DNA of 64,000 nt from Eutreptiella sp. 'Long Island Sound 2002' (lineage: Eukaryota > Protista > Euglenida). Positions 11,740 through 22,748 of the stretch are shown one piece after another. How positions within the stretch are numbered: position 1 is the first letter of the stretch; each line of letters opens with the position of its first letter. The stretch lies in NCBI GenBank assembly GCA_964036045.1, contig OZ038379.1, forward strand, positions 19,716,001 to 19,780,000, in the 5' to 3' direction. A model generated the notes under the pieces. That model did not search any database. It saw only the letters and a program-made list of their open reading frames with translations, and was not told the DNA's origin. Position numbers and translations under genes: made by a program.

Positions 11740-12725
11740 GTGGGCGCGTGGAAAATGCATTTTGGGGGGCAGGGCTGTGCTTCAGCGGGGGGGATCAATG
11801 GTCGGTAACGATTGACTGAATGTCCCCGCCATAGACATCGGGAGGGGGGGGGATGGGGGGGCTCTGAGGGTGTGAAGTTTGGGTACCAAAAATGGCGTGA
11901 AAAGTTTCTGTACCAAAAAACTTCATTTTCCCCCGCTGCAAAAACTTTGGAGGGGGAGGGCGGGGGGGGGCAGAATGAACATGAAAGCACAGCCCTGGGG
12001 GAAGGGGCAGTCTCGCCCCCTTCAAAAGGGCTCCCATGACTGAGGCCTTTGTCCAGCCACCGGCAGGACCCATAAGGGGGGTTTGGGCGGATGGCGTGGG
12101 GGGGGGGGGGGGCACATATGAGTCCACAACCATCCCCGTGACAGGGTGATCATTTGGAGGCTTGTGTCATGGATGACAACGTTTGCCCAACATGTTCTGC
12201 CCAGGCGCCCCGATTGCAGGGCCCGACTTCCTTGGGCCAGACTTGTGCGATGCGAGCATCACCCGGCACAGCAACTGCGCGGCGGTCCCCAAAGAAGGGG
12301 CAATATGCTCACAAGAGTTGCGGTACGGCCTTCGGTTGGGATAGTGGCCTCGAAAGGACTGCAATGTATCTGTGGTGCTTCACAAAAAGGCTCCTACCAC
12401 GACATGAAACTGCCTCCCGACCATCTCTCTTTGTTGGAGGGAAAGCCTCAGATACATTGATGGGGACAAGTACAGAAATATGCACAACACTCGGCCACTC
12501 AGAAACTGAGCGGGCAGGCGCGTCCAAGCAGACACCCCATACCAGCAGGGGGACCCCCAGAGTTTTGCCTGGGGGGGGGGGGGTCTGGAACCCAAAATTC
12601 CAAAAATTTGTGTACCAAAAAAAATAGCCCAAATCAACAGTTCCTTTTGTAAATTTCATTTTCCCCCACTATGAAATCTGGGTCCGAGAAGGGGGGGGGG
12701 GCGTCCCCCCCCCCCAAGGAGATGC
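11740..12725. repeat. G/C-tract MITE-like repeats and a LINE-like fragment inside the Kelch intron
   Basis: G-run segments with GTACCAAAAA...TTTCATTTTCCCC modules at ~11880-11940 and ~12570-12670 resemble each other and resemble repeats at 27800 and 60900. Confidence 0.5.
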
Positions 12726-12995
12726 TGAGTTGTTCAGCAAAACTCTGGGGATCCCTCCCCAACGGCGATTGTTGGGCCCCAGGATGTCCACTTGCGGGGT
12801 CACTTCCCCGATGGGGGCACACAGCAACCTTTGACCTGCCCTTTCCCACGCTCCGTCCTGTGGCAAGTGGCGGGGGCTGAGGGGGGGTGGGGTGGCTGCG
12901 AAGGACTGTAGACGGATCAGGCCCACTGCAGAGGGTTTTGGACAGTTGTGGATGGGGTGGGGGGCTGGCGGGTAGAGGGACCGAGGGGTGCAGAC

Positions 12996-13445
12996 CGTGG
13001 CATGGAACATGCGGCCCTTGGGCATGCTCTCCATCGCAGAGAATGAATCGCGCTGGATGTCGTAAGCGATGACAGCCCCCATCAGAAGCCCTTTGCCACC
13101 CACGAGGTAAATGGTGCCCTGGTGGTACGTGGCGGACATCCCAAGCCGTGGGGCTTCCATGTGGGTCACATTGGCATACCCTTGGGTTGCACTGTCGAAG
13201 CGTATCACGTCTTTCAGCCAGGGGTTGTGTTGGGTGTGGAACTTGCTGGCGTGGGGATGGACACCCAGATGGCCGGCCCCACCGAAGAAGTAGACGGTGT
13301 CTTCAGTAGCGACACATGCGGTGTGCGCCCGCAGCCGGGGCAGATTTGGGCCACTGCTCCAATGCCATTGCTCAAAGTCTCCGTGACACACAGCACAGCA
13401 AACAGCAAGTACAAGGCTTACCGCCCATCCTTTGAAATGAGCCAT
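12996..13445 (-). CDS. Kelch-repeat membrane protein, exon 1 (signal peptide, blades 1-2)
   Basis: MAHFKGWAVSLVLAVCCAVCHG is signal-peptide-like. Kelch motifs VYFFGG and IYLVGG. The donor ACG|GTCTGC at 12996/12995 joins HAT to VLAPRGRLYVFGG, restoring a Kelch repeat in frame (504 aa total). Confidence 0.88.
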
Positions 13446-13509
13446 TCGGTCATTGTTCCAATAGCATTCCCTTCAGCACGATGAGCCAACGACCACAACG
13501 GGAAAGCAG

Positions 13510-13540
13510 CTGAAGGATAGCAGGCACGAGAAGGCACTCT
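13510..13540 (-). promoter_or_regulatory. Putative trans-splice / 3' acceptor of the Kelch gene
   Basis: Minus strand GTGCCTTCTCGTGCCTGCTATCCTTCAG, with AG at 13511-13510, about 65 nt upstream of the ATG. Confidence 0.4.
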
Positions 13541-16500
13541 ACGGGGACACTCGATTTAAGCCCCCTCCCCCCCCAAAAAAAATGCCCTGTCCGACTTGGT
13601 GTCTGCGGAAACATGACGGGCCCCAGGCAAATACAAACTGACAAACCCATAGCCACACGGAAAATTCGGAGGGTTCTGCTTGCAAGGGCACCAGGGCATT
13701 GTCAAGCCAGGACCAATGCCGGGAGTGCGGGTGTGGGCATGTGGAAATCCTACTCCCCACTCCCGCACCCGCCGTTGCAAGACCATTCCACCCTGACAGA
13801 TTGCACAGGGTGCTCGATGGGGCGATGGGTTGAGTGATTGGGGCGTCCTTCTAGTACAGTCTATCCCCCCCTTCCCCAACGGGTGCGGTAGCAATCTGGA
13901 GTTGTCTCTTTAGGGCAGTTCATACCCTGCGTCGTTCTCGATTATTCTGTTTTTGTACATCCGCCAGCCCTGAGTCCAGCCACGTTCCAGGAAGCGGAAT
14001 CATTGCAAAGCCATGGCCCATAAGTCCAAGTGTGTAGGGGCTGCCATATTGGCTTACTAAGTGTGCCGGTTGATACTTCCCAGTTTACGCACTGGTTTGA
14101 GTCTTCAGAAGTTAATTGTCCACATGGCTTCTTCCAATCCACAGGAGAAATGCAGTGAGGTTACATATGCTGCTTCTGCGTCCCTCCCACACCGGCGCCG
14201 GCATGCTTCACATTCAGTCATTGCGATGGCAGTGAAATTTGGAGAGTGTGCACCACTACCGATGTGGGAAATGTAACACAAGGCCAGGGGGGATGCGGAT
14301 TACCAAGTGTTACTCATCGGTGGTGTGCAGCAGTCCCTGGCATGGTGCCATTGGTTTTGTTGCTTTCCCTTTCATGTTGTCGCCAACAGAACCCAATTTC
14401 ATTCAACGGCGAGAGTTGTGGAAGGTGAAGGCATGGAGAATTCAGTTGGTGTGCAATCATCCGATCTCTCGAGACTCTACTCCATAAATGGAGTATATTC
14501 CGTTTTGCTGCTGGCCGTAGAACACATCTCAATAGCATCCGGCCAATAGGCCATAAATCTGTATCACCACCCTTTGAGCCAATAAGGACTACTACAAGTG
14601 AAGTCCCTTTTCTTCTCGACGGTGGTTCCAGTTTTGCGCACACTCGCTACGAAAAGAGGTGTGCAGCAGGTTCGACATGCATCTAATATCCTGTTGCTGC
14701 TTGCCACAGCAGTGTACCGGACCTCAATACTCAATACTGCTAGGAATGTGTCCCACAATTCTGGACTACATCCACATCTACATGCAGATCTACACCTGCA
14801 CTTCAAATTGGCTTCTGGTGGCGTTGCTATCTGTGGGGATTTGGGTGCTCTTGCACTTCAATTTTCCTGAACTCCTCCTTGCTATGCACCACCAAGAGGT
14901 ACTTCCTTGTGCCAAACGTCTCCTCCAGTCAATGCTGTTGTTGACGGGGAAGGCTGTTTCTATTGGTCTCAGGCAGCTATTCAACTGAGTTGCAGAACAA
15001 GAAAAAGTAAACCAAAATCACTTGTTATGGAAGGAAACGCACAGACCTTCATCCGCGCTTTGCTGAGCTTCAGCTAAGCTTTCCCCAGGTTGGAAGCTTT
15101 TCGCTGCGGCAATGCGACGCACTTTCAGGAGAAGCCAAATCTTCTGGAAACAGAATTTCTTCTGGGTCAATCTTAGGTAAGATTTGATTGAGTAAGATGA
15201 GGTAAGATTTGAAGGCTACCATGACCTGTTCCAAGAACCCCGCCCCTCGAGACAGTGCAGGAATACCGCCCTAAGTGCAGCACTACCCTCCAATTCTAAT
15301 GTTAACATCCTTTTTGTCCAAAACTGCTGAGAAAAAGAGCTGTTTGGGTATCGGCCCAAAAAGCCCCAACCCAAGGGAGGGGGGGGGTGGGGGTTGAAAA
15401 GGCGCTCCTTCCCCCCACCCTGACAGTTAAATTGTCGCGCACCCCTGCGGGTGTTTCGTTTGATCATCGCAGCCCCAAAACCCTCTGCAAATTGCCTGCA
15501 TCTGTGCAAAACCCCTGTTTTCCTTTGTATGCCAGTAAATTCCCGGGTCCTCTAGCCCCTGTGTGATGCACTGCAGACAGAGAAGCACTTGTACATGGGG
15601 CGGGCCCAAGGAGCCCCTTTCCGAAACGCCCGCCCCCCGGACAAAACTCTGTTCTACCGCCCCAGGGGATGCCAGTGGTCGGCAATGCCAACTCGGGGGT
15701 CCCCAGTCGGTGGGATGTGGCCGGTCCGATGCCAATGGGCCGGCTTTGATCCGTCGGATCTGATCGGTCGGGCGGCCATCATCCGGCAGACCACCTACCC
15801 CACAAGGGCCCGGGTTCATACGGGGGAGTGCGCCATGCCTTTGGCTCCCCACGGCCCAGAAAGGGGGGTCCAGATTGCGCGGGGGGGGGGGGGGGGGGGG
15901 CAGTTCAGTTCAGTTCAGTTCCGGACCCCAACTCCCGCGACAGGGGGGCGGGGGGTCAAGTGGTTTTTCGGGGTTTAAGGGCATTTCTGAATTCCGCGGT
16001 TCATTCTGAGCACTGTGCATTTCCACAGGGGGAGGGGGGGGTTTCCCACTATGCGGCCACCATCAGCCACACCTCCATCACCTTGATGGCCTCACGGGCC
16101 TTTACAGTAGCCGTGCTGCTCCCCATTGGCGTAGGTTGTGGGGGGGGGGGGTCTGGAGGGGGGGGGGGGGGGCGGGGGTCCAGCCCTACACGTAACACCC
16201 CCCGTGGCCCGGACGCCCCCTCCTCCGCAACTGCAGTCCTCCTTCCCTCAGAAGACCGTGCCCATCGTGTCACAGTGGGTCACAGACGAGCCATTGCCGC
16301 AGACCCCACGTGTAGAACGGAGCAGAAGGTCAGTCTATGGCACGTGGGGGGGGGGGCGTTTCTCTGTACTCCCGGACCCGGGGGGGTCCGGAGGGGGGCC
16401 ATAAAGAGGCTGAAAGAGAGGAGGGGGGGGTCGAATTTGTTTGGTTGGTTTATTGGAAGATTCGAATTCCACATCGATCCAATTCTGAGCGTTTTGAGGA

Positions 16501-17605
16501 CAAATTGGTGGCGGTTAACGAAAACTGTTGAGCACCGACCCCCCCGTGAAGAGACACAGGAAGTCCTGGTGGACACACCGACCCGGACCACTGTTACCGG
16601 CCCCACTGCGTTGGTGACACCACTGCTGCACCCCCCGATGGTGCGTAGGTGTGGGGGGTCTGGAAGGGGGTGGGGGTGGGGGGGCAAACACTTCACTGAA
16701 TCCCCCGCTATGCGAGTGCGGGACTTTGCGCTGGGGAGCAAAGAGGGTGGTCAAACGACAAATGCAAAGAAAGAAGAGATCCTCAGTGACATGTCATAGG
16801 CGCCTTTCACTGTATTGTCATTTTCACTGAACCCCCCCCCCCGGGTGTGGAGCGTGCCTGAGGCATCAATCATCGACAGGAAGGGTAGCAGGGCGCGGGC
16901 CGGTAGTCTGCCGCCCTGACCACAACCCACCCCACCAACACACTCTCACCCCAGCGTACATCCGGCACCGAGTCCACGACGGCGTGAGCGAAGACGGTGC
17001 TGCTCACGGTCGTTCGATGGGGGACCATACGGCACGCACTGACCCCTTGTGAGAGAGACACGTTTGCTGTCCAATGCCCCCCCCCCCCCCCCCTGAGAGG
17101 TCTAGCGGGGGCAGCGCGGTGCCCATTGGGGCTGAACGCCGCCCTTGGGCACTCGGGCGCGCCGGGGCTGCTCTGCTGGTCTCCTACGGCCGGTGCTGGA
17201 GAATGCCTCCGAGTACACGGCAGCCCACCAACACCCCTTTGCCCATCGAAACCGGCCCCGAGGGCCAAAGTTCAGAGTTCTGCCCGGACCATCCCGCGCT
17301 TTGGCGGAGCCGCCCGGCCGATGGGGCCCCCCTTCCACCGGGAACACCTCCACGACCACCGACGGCCACCGGCACTGCGAAGACCGCAGGCGTATGAGGG
17401 GGACTCTGGGCACGGCCCGCCCTCCTCCGCGTGATGCGCTGTGCCAAGGGAGAGTCGAGGGAGAGGGAGGCTGCGGCACGCCTTCCCCCCTTCGCTCGTC
17501 TGGGTCTCGATCTCGGGACCTCTCGGTCAGGCACGCCGTGCTACGACAGCGGTACCACGTGCCCTGCGTGACCTCCTGACATGGCGTCCGGTCGATGCTC
17601 GAAAC

Positions 17606-17800
17606 TCATGTTCTTGGGAGGGACAAAGTCGCACAGTGCACCCGCAGATTTGCCATGTACGCCACCGCCCACACGGCCCAGGCAAGGCCCCCAACCGAGG
17701 CCTGGTACTGCACCGGCACCGGCTTCATGTTGACCGCGATGGAGGGCGGCCAGAAGCAGCAGCTGCGCCCCCACGTTCGTGGCAGGGGTCCGCACACGCC
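17606..17800 (-). other. Coding-like in-frame continuation after the glycosyltransferase TAG
   Basis: Same frame as exon 3, open for 64 codons (GVCGPLPRTWGRSCCFWPPSIAVNMKPVPVQYQ...). About 44 of the first 49 codons end in G/C by hand count. Confidence 0.4.
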
Positions 17801-18379
17801 CTATCGGATGCGCTCGTGCTCGTGACGCGGGCTGATCTCCAAAAGGCACGACTCCAGGACGAATTTCGTGGGGGCGGTGCCCAGCCGCACCAGCTGCGGG
17901 GCGCGGGGCGCGTGGATCACGCAGGCCCCGGGGTTCAGCACCTCCACGCGCACCCAGAGGGACCCCGCGCTGCTCGCCAGAGGGCACGTGCAGCCCCCGG
18001 CCTCGACGCACTGGATGATCACCAGCGACCCCTTCTTGTAGACGTAGGGGTCCGTCTCCGGGTCGATCATGATCGATGGGGTGTGGAACTCCTGGAACAG
18101 CCCCACCCAGTCCCGCAGGACGGTCTGCGGGCGGAAGTGGGCCTCGAAGTGCCGCGCGGCGCTCTGCACCTGCCGCTGCCACCGCGGGTCCGTGTCCGCG
18201 CCCCGGACGATGGACAGCGCCGTGGCGGCGTCGGCGGCGGCGTCGCCGGTGAGGCGGGCGTAGCACTCCTGGCAGCTGGCGGCGATGCCGGTGTTGTGCA
18301 TCATGACGGGCACGCCCAGGGCCCAGGCGTAGGCCGCGACCAGGGGCCCTCCTTCGGCTTTCGTGGGCACCAGCAGCAC
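17801..18379 (-). CDS. GT-B (GT4-like) glycosyltransferase, exon 3
   Basis: Acceptor GTCGTGTCCAG|GTG at 18380/18379. VLLVPTKAEGGPLVAAYAWALGVPV matches the GT4 dvlv.Ps..EgfglvllEAma.G.Pv signature region. High GC3. TAG at 17803-17801. Confidence 0.85.
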   Translation of the reverse strand: MLLVPTKAEGGPLVAAYAWALGVPVMMHNTGIAASCQECYARLTGDAAADAATALSIVRGADTDPRWQRQVQSAARHFEAHFRPQTVLRDWVGLFQEFHTPSIMIDPETDPYVYKKGSLVIIQCVEAGGCTCPLASSAGSLWVRVEVLNPGACVIHAPRAPQLVRLGTAPTKFVLESCLLEISPRHEHERIR

Positions 18380-19613
18380 CTGGACACGACGGCCGGGGAG
18401 GCGTGTTGCACCAGCGCCCTACGACTCGGAGGCCGCTCAGTCGAGGGTTCCAAACCACCTTCCCGGGGACGCTATGGGCCTCAAATGGTCAGGAGGCAGT
18501 GTCCGCATTAGTCATCGCCTTCTGTCCAACGTGCTAATGTTCGGCGCTTCCACAGTGCGATGTGCGAGCACATGTCCATCGGGGCGGTTGGGGGGGCAGG
18601 GCCCAACACAGACGACTCGAGATGACCCCCGCGTCGCGCTGATGATATCTACAGTTTTGGCCCAACCGTCAGGTCACAGCCGCTGTTGGTCGCGGCCGGC
18701 CCACCACCTTTCAAAGCCACGCACGCACCGAGCGGCTGTGATTGTCACACAACAACAGCACTGCTGCTTCCGGAATGTTGCATCCGGTTCCAATGGTTCG
18801 CTGTTTTGGGTGGCATTCGGGCGATTCTGGGTCGTTGTTGCCCCCAATCTGCACCGAACGCCCGGGTTGGTCCAGAATGCGGATGTCGAACCAGCTGTTG
18901 GCTGACCGCATAGCCCAGACGGAGCAAGACGGAGCTAGAGCACATGCGGCCCATGCCCCCTCACCACCCACGGCACTGCCCGTGGGGATCTCTACAGTGG
19001 CTTGGACAATGGGTAAGTGTTCAAAGGTGTGTTGTTCTCCTTTGTGAATCACTGTGCACATCACTTCATTTGTGAAGCAACAGGAAAACAGAAAAGTGTC
19101 CTGCCACCATTACTGCCAGCCCCCCCCCCCCCACCCGTCCCATGATCCGCGGCTTACCCCCCCCCCCCCCCGCCCCCCCCTCAGGGCAACAGCGAGCATG
19201 CCAGATACAAGGCGAGAGCCAACATGGAACATCACAAGTACGCCACGACCCAAACACAGCCCACGTAACGGCGAATGAAGGCGCTAAAGCCCAGAACCCG
19301 ACGCCAGCAGGGCAACCTCTAGCCCGATTCAGGGAGGTGGGGGACCAGCACATTGGCATGGGCCTGGCGAAAGCCCCAAACACTGCAATGGAACTGAATT
19401 GGGAATGAAGGCTATGGAAAGCACGCGCGGCTGGAGCTAAGTGGCAGGTCCACACCTGACCTTTTGAGGCCTCATTGCCCTCGGGGTGTGAAGACTGCGG
19501 AACAGTCAGGTATAGACCTATTGAGCCAAGAGTCCCGTGGCACCCGCACTTGGGGCGCGGTAGGAAGAGGGTGGGGGCAGGCAGCGATGCTTTAGCATCA
19601 AAACCACATTTAA

Positions 19614-19880
19614 GGGGGACCCCCCAGGGCTCCTTTTGGCAACTCGGCACCACTTGGGGGGGTTCCACACCACCCCCCTAACCCCCCCCTTAAAATTTTC
19701 CTCCGGGCCTTTGGCCGACAAAAAATCTTCTCTGGCGCCTTCGGCGCCAATTGCTTGAGACAAAAAATTTTCTTCGGCGCCCCTAAAAACTCAGCACCAC
19801 CGGAGGGGGGGGGGGGGGGGGTTGGACCTCCCCCCTCCCAGAGCCCCCCTAAAAAAAGCCCTGGGGACCCCATCCCCCAC
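19614..19880. mobile_element. MITE-like element in glycosyltransferase intron 2
   Basis: Imperfect inverted ends (GGGGGACCCCCCAGGGCT / AGCCCTGGGGACCCC), G- and C-tracts, and a TGGCGCC-TTC-GGCGCCA hairpin at 19733-19749. Confidence 0.4.
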
Positions 19881-20028
19881 CCGGGATTGAGTGTGCGCAC
19901 TGGCTTTGCTTTTACGCCGCACCCCCCTGCACACCACACCAGAGTGGGGGAGGCAGGCCGCATAGCTCAGCCATCATGCACCCGACCCGACACACAAGAG
20001 GAGGGGGTCCAGCTCCCGCAAAGCAGAC

Positions 20029-20424
20029 CTTGGCCCGGCACAGCTCACGCTGCACGTTGTTGGAGCTCCCCATGGACACGGCAGTGCAGCGGGGCGTGAA
20101 CTTCTCGTTCGCGTAGTTGGGACCGAAGGCCGCCACGCGCACGTCGTCCCCGAGGTGCTCCAGGATCTCGCAGAAGTACCCAAAGTCCTTCGAAAGTGTG
20201 ATACGTCCCACGTACACGACATCAAAATCCTTTTGGGTGGAGTCGCACGCGCCCAGCTCGATCGGCGCGTGGATCACGCGCGTGTTCCCGGCAATGCCCT
20301 TAGAGATGGCGCCCATGGACACGGCGACGAGCTCGTGGTACTGGGGGTTATGCCCCATGAAGAAGTTGAAGACCGTGTCGCCGCCGTGCAATACCAAGAT
20401 GGTGACCGCATTGCGCCACGCGAC
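20029..20424 (-). CDS. GT-B (GT4-like) glycosyltransferase, exon 2
   Basis: Acceptor GCAACACAG|GTC at 20425/20424 and donor AAG|GTCTGC at 20029/20028. DVVYVGRITLSKDFGYF matches the GT4 vGRl...Kg donor-binding motif. Both flanks are phase 0. Confidence 0.88.
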
Positions 20425-21075
20425 CTGTGTTGCCCAAAGAGGCCTCACACCGGGACTGGCGGCATATCTTGCAAAGTGATTGTCCCTTGAGACGAGGGGC
20501 AACTAACCCTCCACCCAACCCACCGACTTCAGAGTGCGAAGAGGTTGCCTAGCCCAGTTGTCATGCACACAATGTCTGGCCACAGGTCTCGGGCTGCAGC
20601 CCTAGGCGGGGCATCATCTGCCATGAATGGCTATCGGTGCTGAGGGGCATGCCGGAGAAAAATGTCTCATTGGGTAGAATTATGAACGCAGAATCCCTAA
20701 TGCCCAATTGTTAGCACTTTGAAAACTGCCCTCTGGAGAAATGGTGGAAGCCTGAAAAATCCTTCGAAATCCTGAGGAACACTTCACACCCTTTCGACAA
20801 CATTTTTTGTGTTCAGGCCTGTGCACAACCCAGCGGTAAAGTACAGAACGCGCTCGCAAGGAGCATTCCGGCCTCTACATCAGCAGGATTGTTTGAAACT
20901 CGCATTTGCCACACTTGACACCCTTGTAAAATGCGGTGCTGCAAAAATGCCAATGAGTTGGACGGAATGCAAACAGCACAGCACGATACAACCGATGGCA
21001 TGTGCATGTGCATCTCATCCACCCTTGCCTTGCTACTTCATGCCTCCTGCAACGAAACTCGTAGGGGCAGAATGA

Positions 21076-21237
<162 letters not shown>

Positions 21238-21823
21238 TGCACGACGGTCCAACACAACAACCCTGAAGGCAACAGGGCACTGACCGCTTCAGATTCTCGT
21301 CAGGCCATAGAACATGGAGTGAAGGAACAGACCATGGGTGGCTGGGCGTCTTTCTGAGTGACAGTGCAACCCTGAGCAAAAGTCCAACACACACACACAC
21401 ACACACACACACATCACATGCGCTAAACTCATTGTTCAGGCATGATAAAGGGGCATGATGACACAAGTCTGGCATGTGAAATCGGGTGCAAAACCAGACG
21501 TCTTCTGGTTGTCTCCTCTGGTTTGCCACAGACATTGAGCAAAGAAAGCAGAGTCACAGGGGGTGTTTCCGCACAGCGTGGGTGCAGCGCCCGTTATCGG
21601 GGTTACTGCACCAGAACCACTCCAAAATCACCAACCACTCAAAACACTGCATGCAAGGGCCAAGAAAAGCTCCAGACTTTGGTGGCCCATACTCTCCAAA
21701 ACCTTCTTGATAACTTTCATCCAACTCCGTCACACCTTTTTCTTGCATGCTTTCCTCTTCTCGCTCCTCTCCCATACAAACCTGCATACAGTGCACGGTG
21801 CAACCACGACCACACAACAATAC

Positions 21824-22270
21824 CTCAGGCAGTAGTGTCCCAGTCGCCAGGATGATGTCGCACTGCTTGCCAAACTGCGTCGGCTCCCGCGAGAACAGAA
21901 TGCCACGCTCCAAATACCATTGTAGCGCCGAGGCGTGGAACGTGTATGCTGCGACCATGTGGATGCGGTACTGGGGGTGGTTGTGGAACAGCTTCACGAA
22001 GCTGCGACACCAGTCCTCTGTGCCCCCAATCCGGGAATGGTACCCCATGGTGAGGCAGACGGTGGCACGGGGGTCGCTGGCCCCCGTGTGATCCACAAAC
22101 TTCTCATCGGGGGCTTTGCTGGGCGTTGGGGCTGGGGCACTTGCGGCTGCAGGTGACGTGAGTTGGACTTGTTGGCCCTGGAGCACAAGGGACACGAAGG
22201 CGTAGACAACGATCCCGAGAAGGAAGAGGAGCCCGACTTTGACGGCCTTCCGACGTGAGGCCGGAGGCAT
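21824..22270 (-). CDS. GT-B (GT4-like) glycosyltransferase, exon 1 (type II signal anchor and stem)
   Basis: MPPASRRKAVK followed by hydrophobic VGLLFLLGIVVYAFVSLVL and a Pro/Ala stem. YHSRIGGTEDW resembles the GT4 N-terminal GG.E motif. Donor GAG|GTATTG at 21824/21823. Spliced protein is 473 aa to the first TAG. Confidence 0.85.
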
Positions 22271-22350
22271 CAGCTCTCAGCCGGGAACGTGCAGGCCGCA
22301 TGGAAAGGCCATGGTGAGTGCTGGTTACATGGAGCACAAGGACCCTTCAC

Positions 22351-22390
22351 CTGGAGGTAACAAAGAAAAATGCATGAAAGAGAAGGAATC
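22351..22390 (-). promoter_or_regulatory. Putative trans-splice / 3' acceptor of the glycosyltransferase gene
   Basis: Minus strand TTCCTTCTCTTTCATGCATTTTTCTTTGTTACCTCCAG, with AG at 22352-22351, 80 nt upstream of the ATG. Confidence 0.55.
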
Positions 22391-22748
22391 TGGTTTCTCA
22401 CGCTGCACCGCACCGCACCACACCACACAACTGCATCTCACCTCACCACGAGGGCAGTTGAACAATTACCCCAGCAAAATGGTCCGCAATGGAAGGTCCT
22501 GTTAAGGCCGTAGGGTATAGCCTGGTGGCTAGCCATTACTTCCTAGATGCTTGCTACTTACTGCATGGTTCATGGTAATACCTGGTGCCTTCTGGATGCT
22601 TTGGGGTACTTCCTCGTGACGTCTGCATGCATACTTGGCACTGCCCGAATCTTTGCTGGTAAATCCTGGTGGTGTCTTGATCGCCACAAACTGCCCACAT
22701 TCAGAAGCTGCATGAACAGTGGCTGCAACTTGGGCACCAGTTGACCAT

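Noticed and set aside
10641-11990. Long alternative-frame and antisense ORFs over the GC-rich Kelch exon (10256-10993, 10641-11990, 11030-11815)
   Set aside because: Shadow ORFs of high-GC3 coding sequence; only the Kelch frame has conserved motifs.
17441-18511. 356-aa plus-strand and 305-aa minus-strand ORFs overlapping glycosyltransferase exon 3
   Set aside because: Shadow frames with Arg/Gly/Ala-rich composition and no motifs.
22281-22319. Plus-strand 33-nt micro-exon (CAG|...ATG|GTGAGT)
   Set aside because: It lies in the glycosyltransferase 5' leader on the opposite strand, is too short to evaluate, and has no partner exons.
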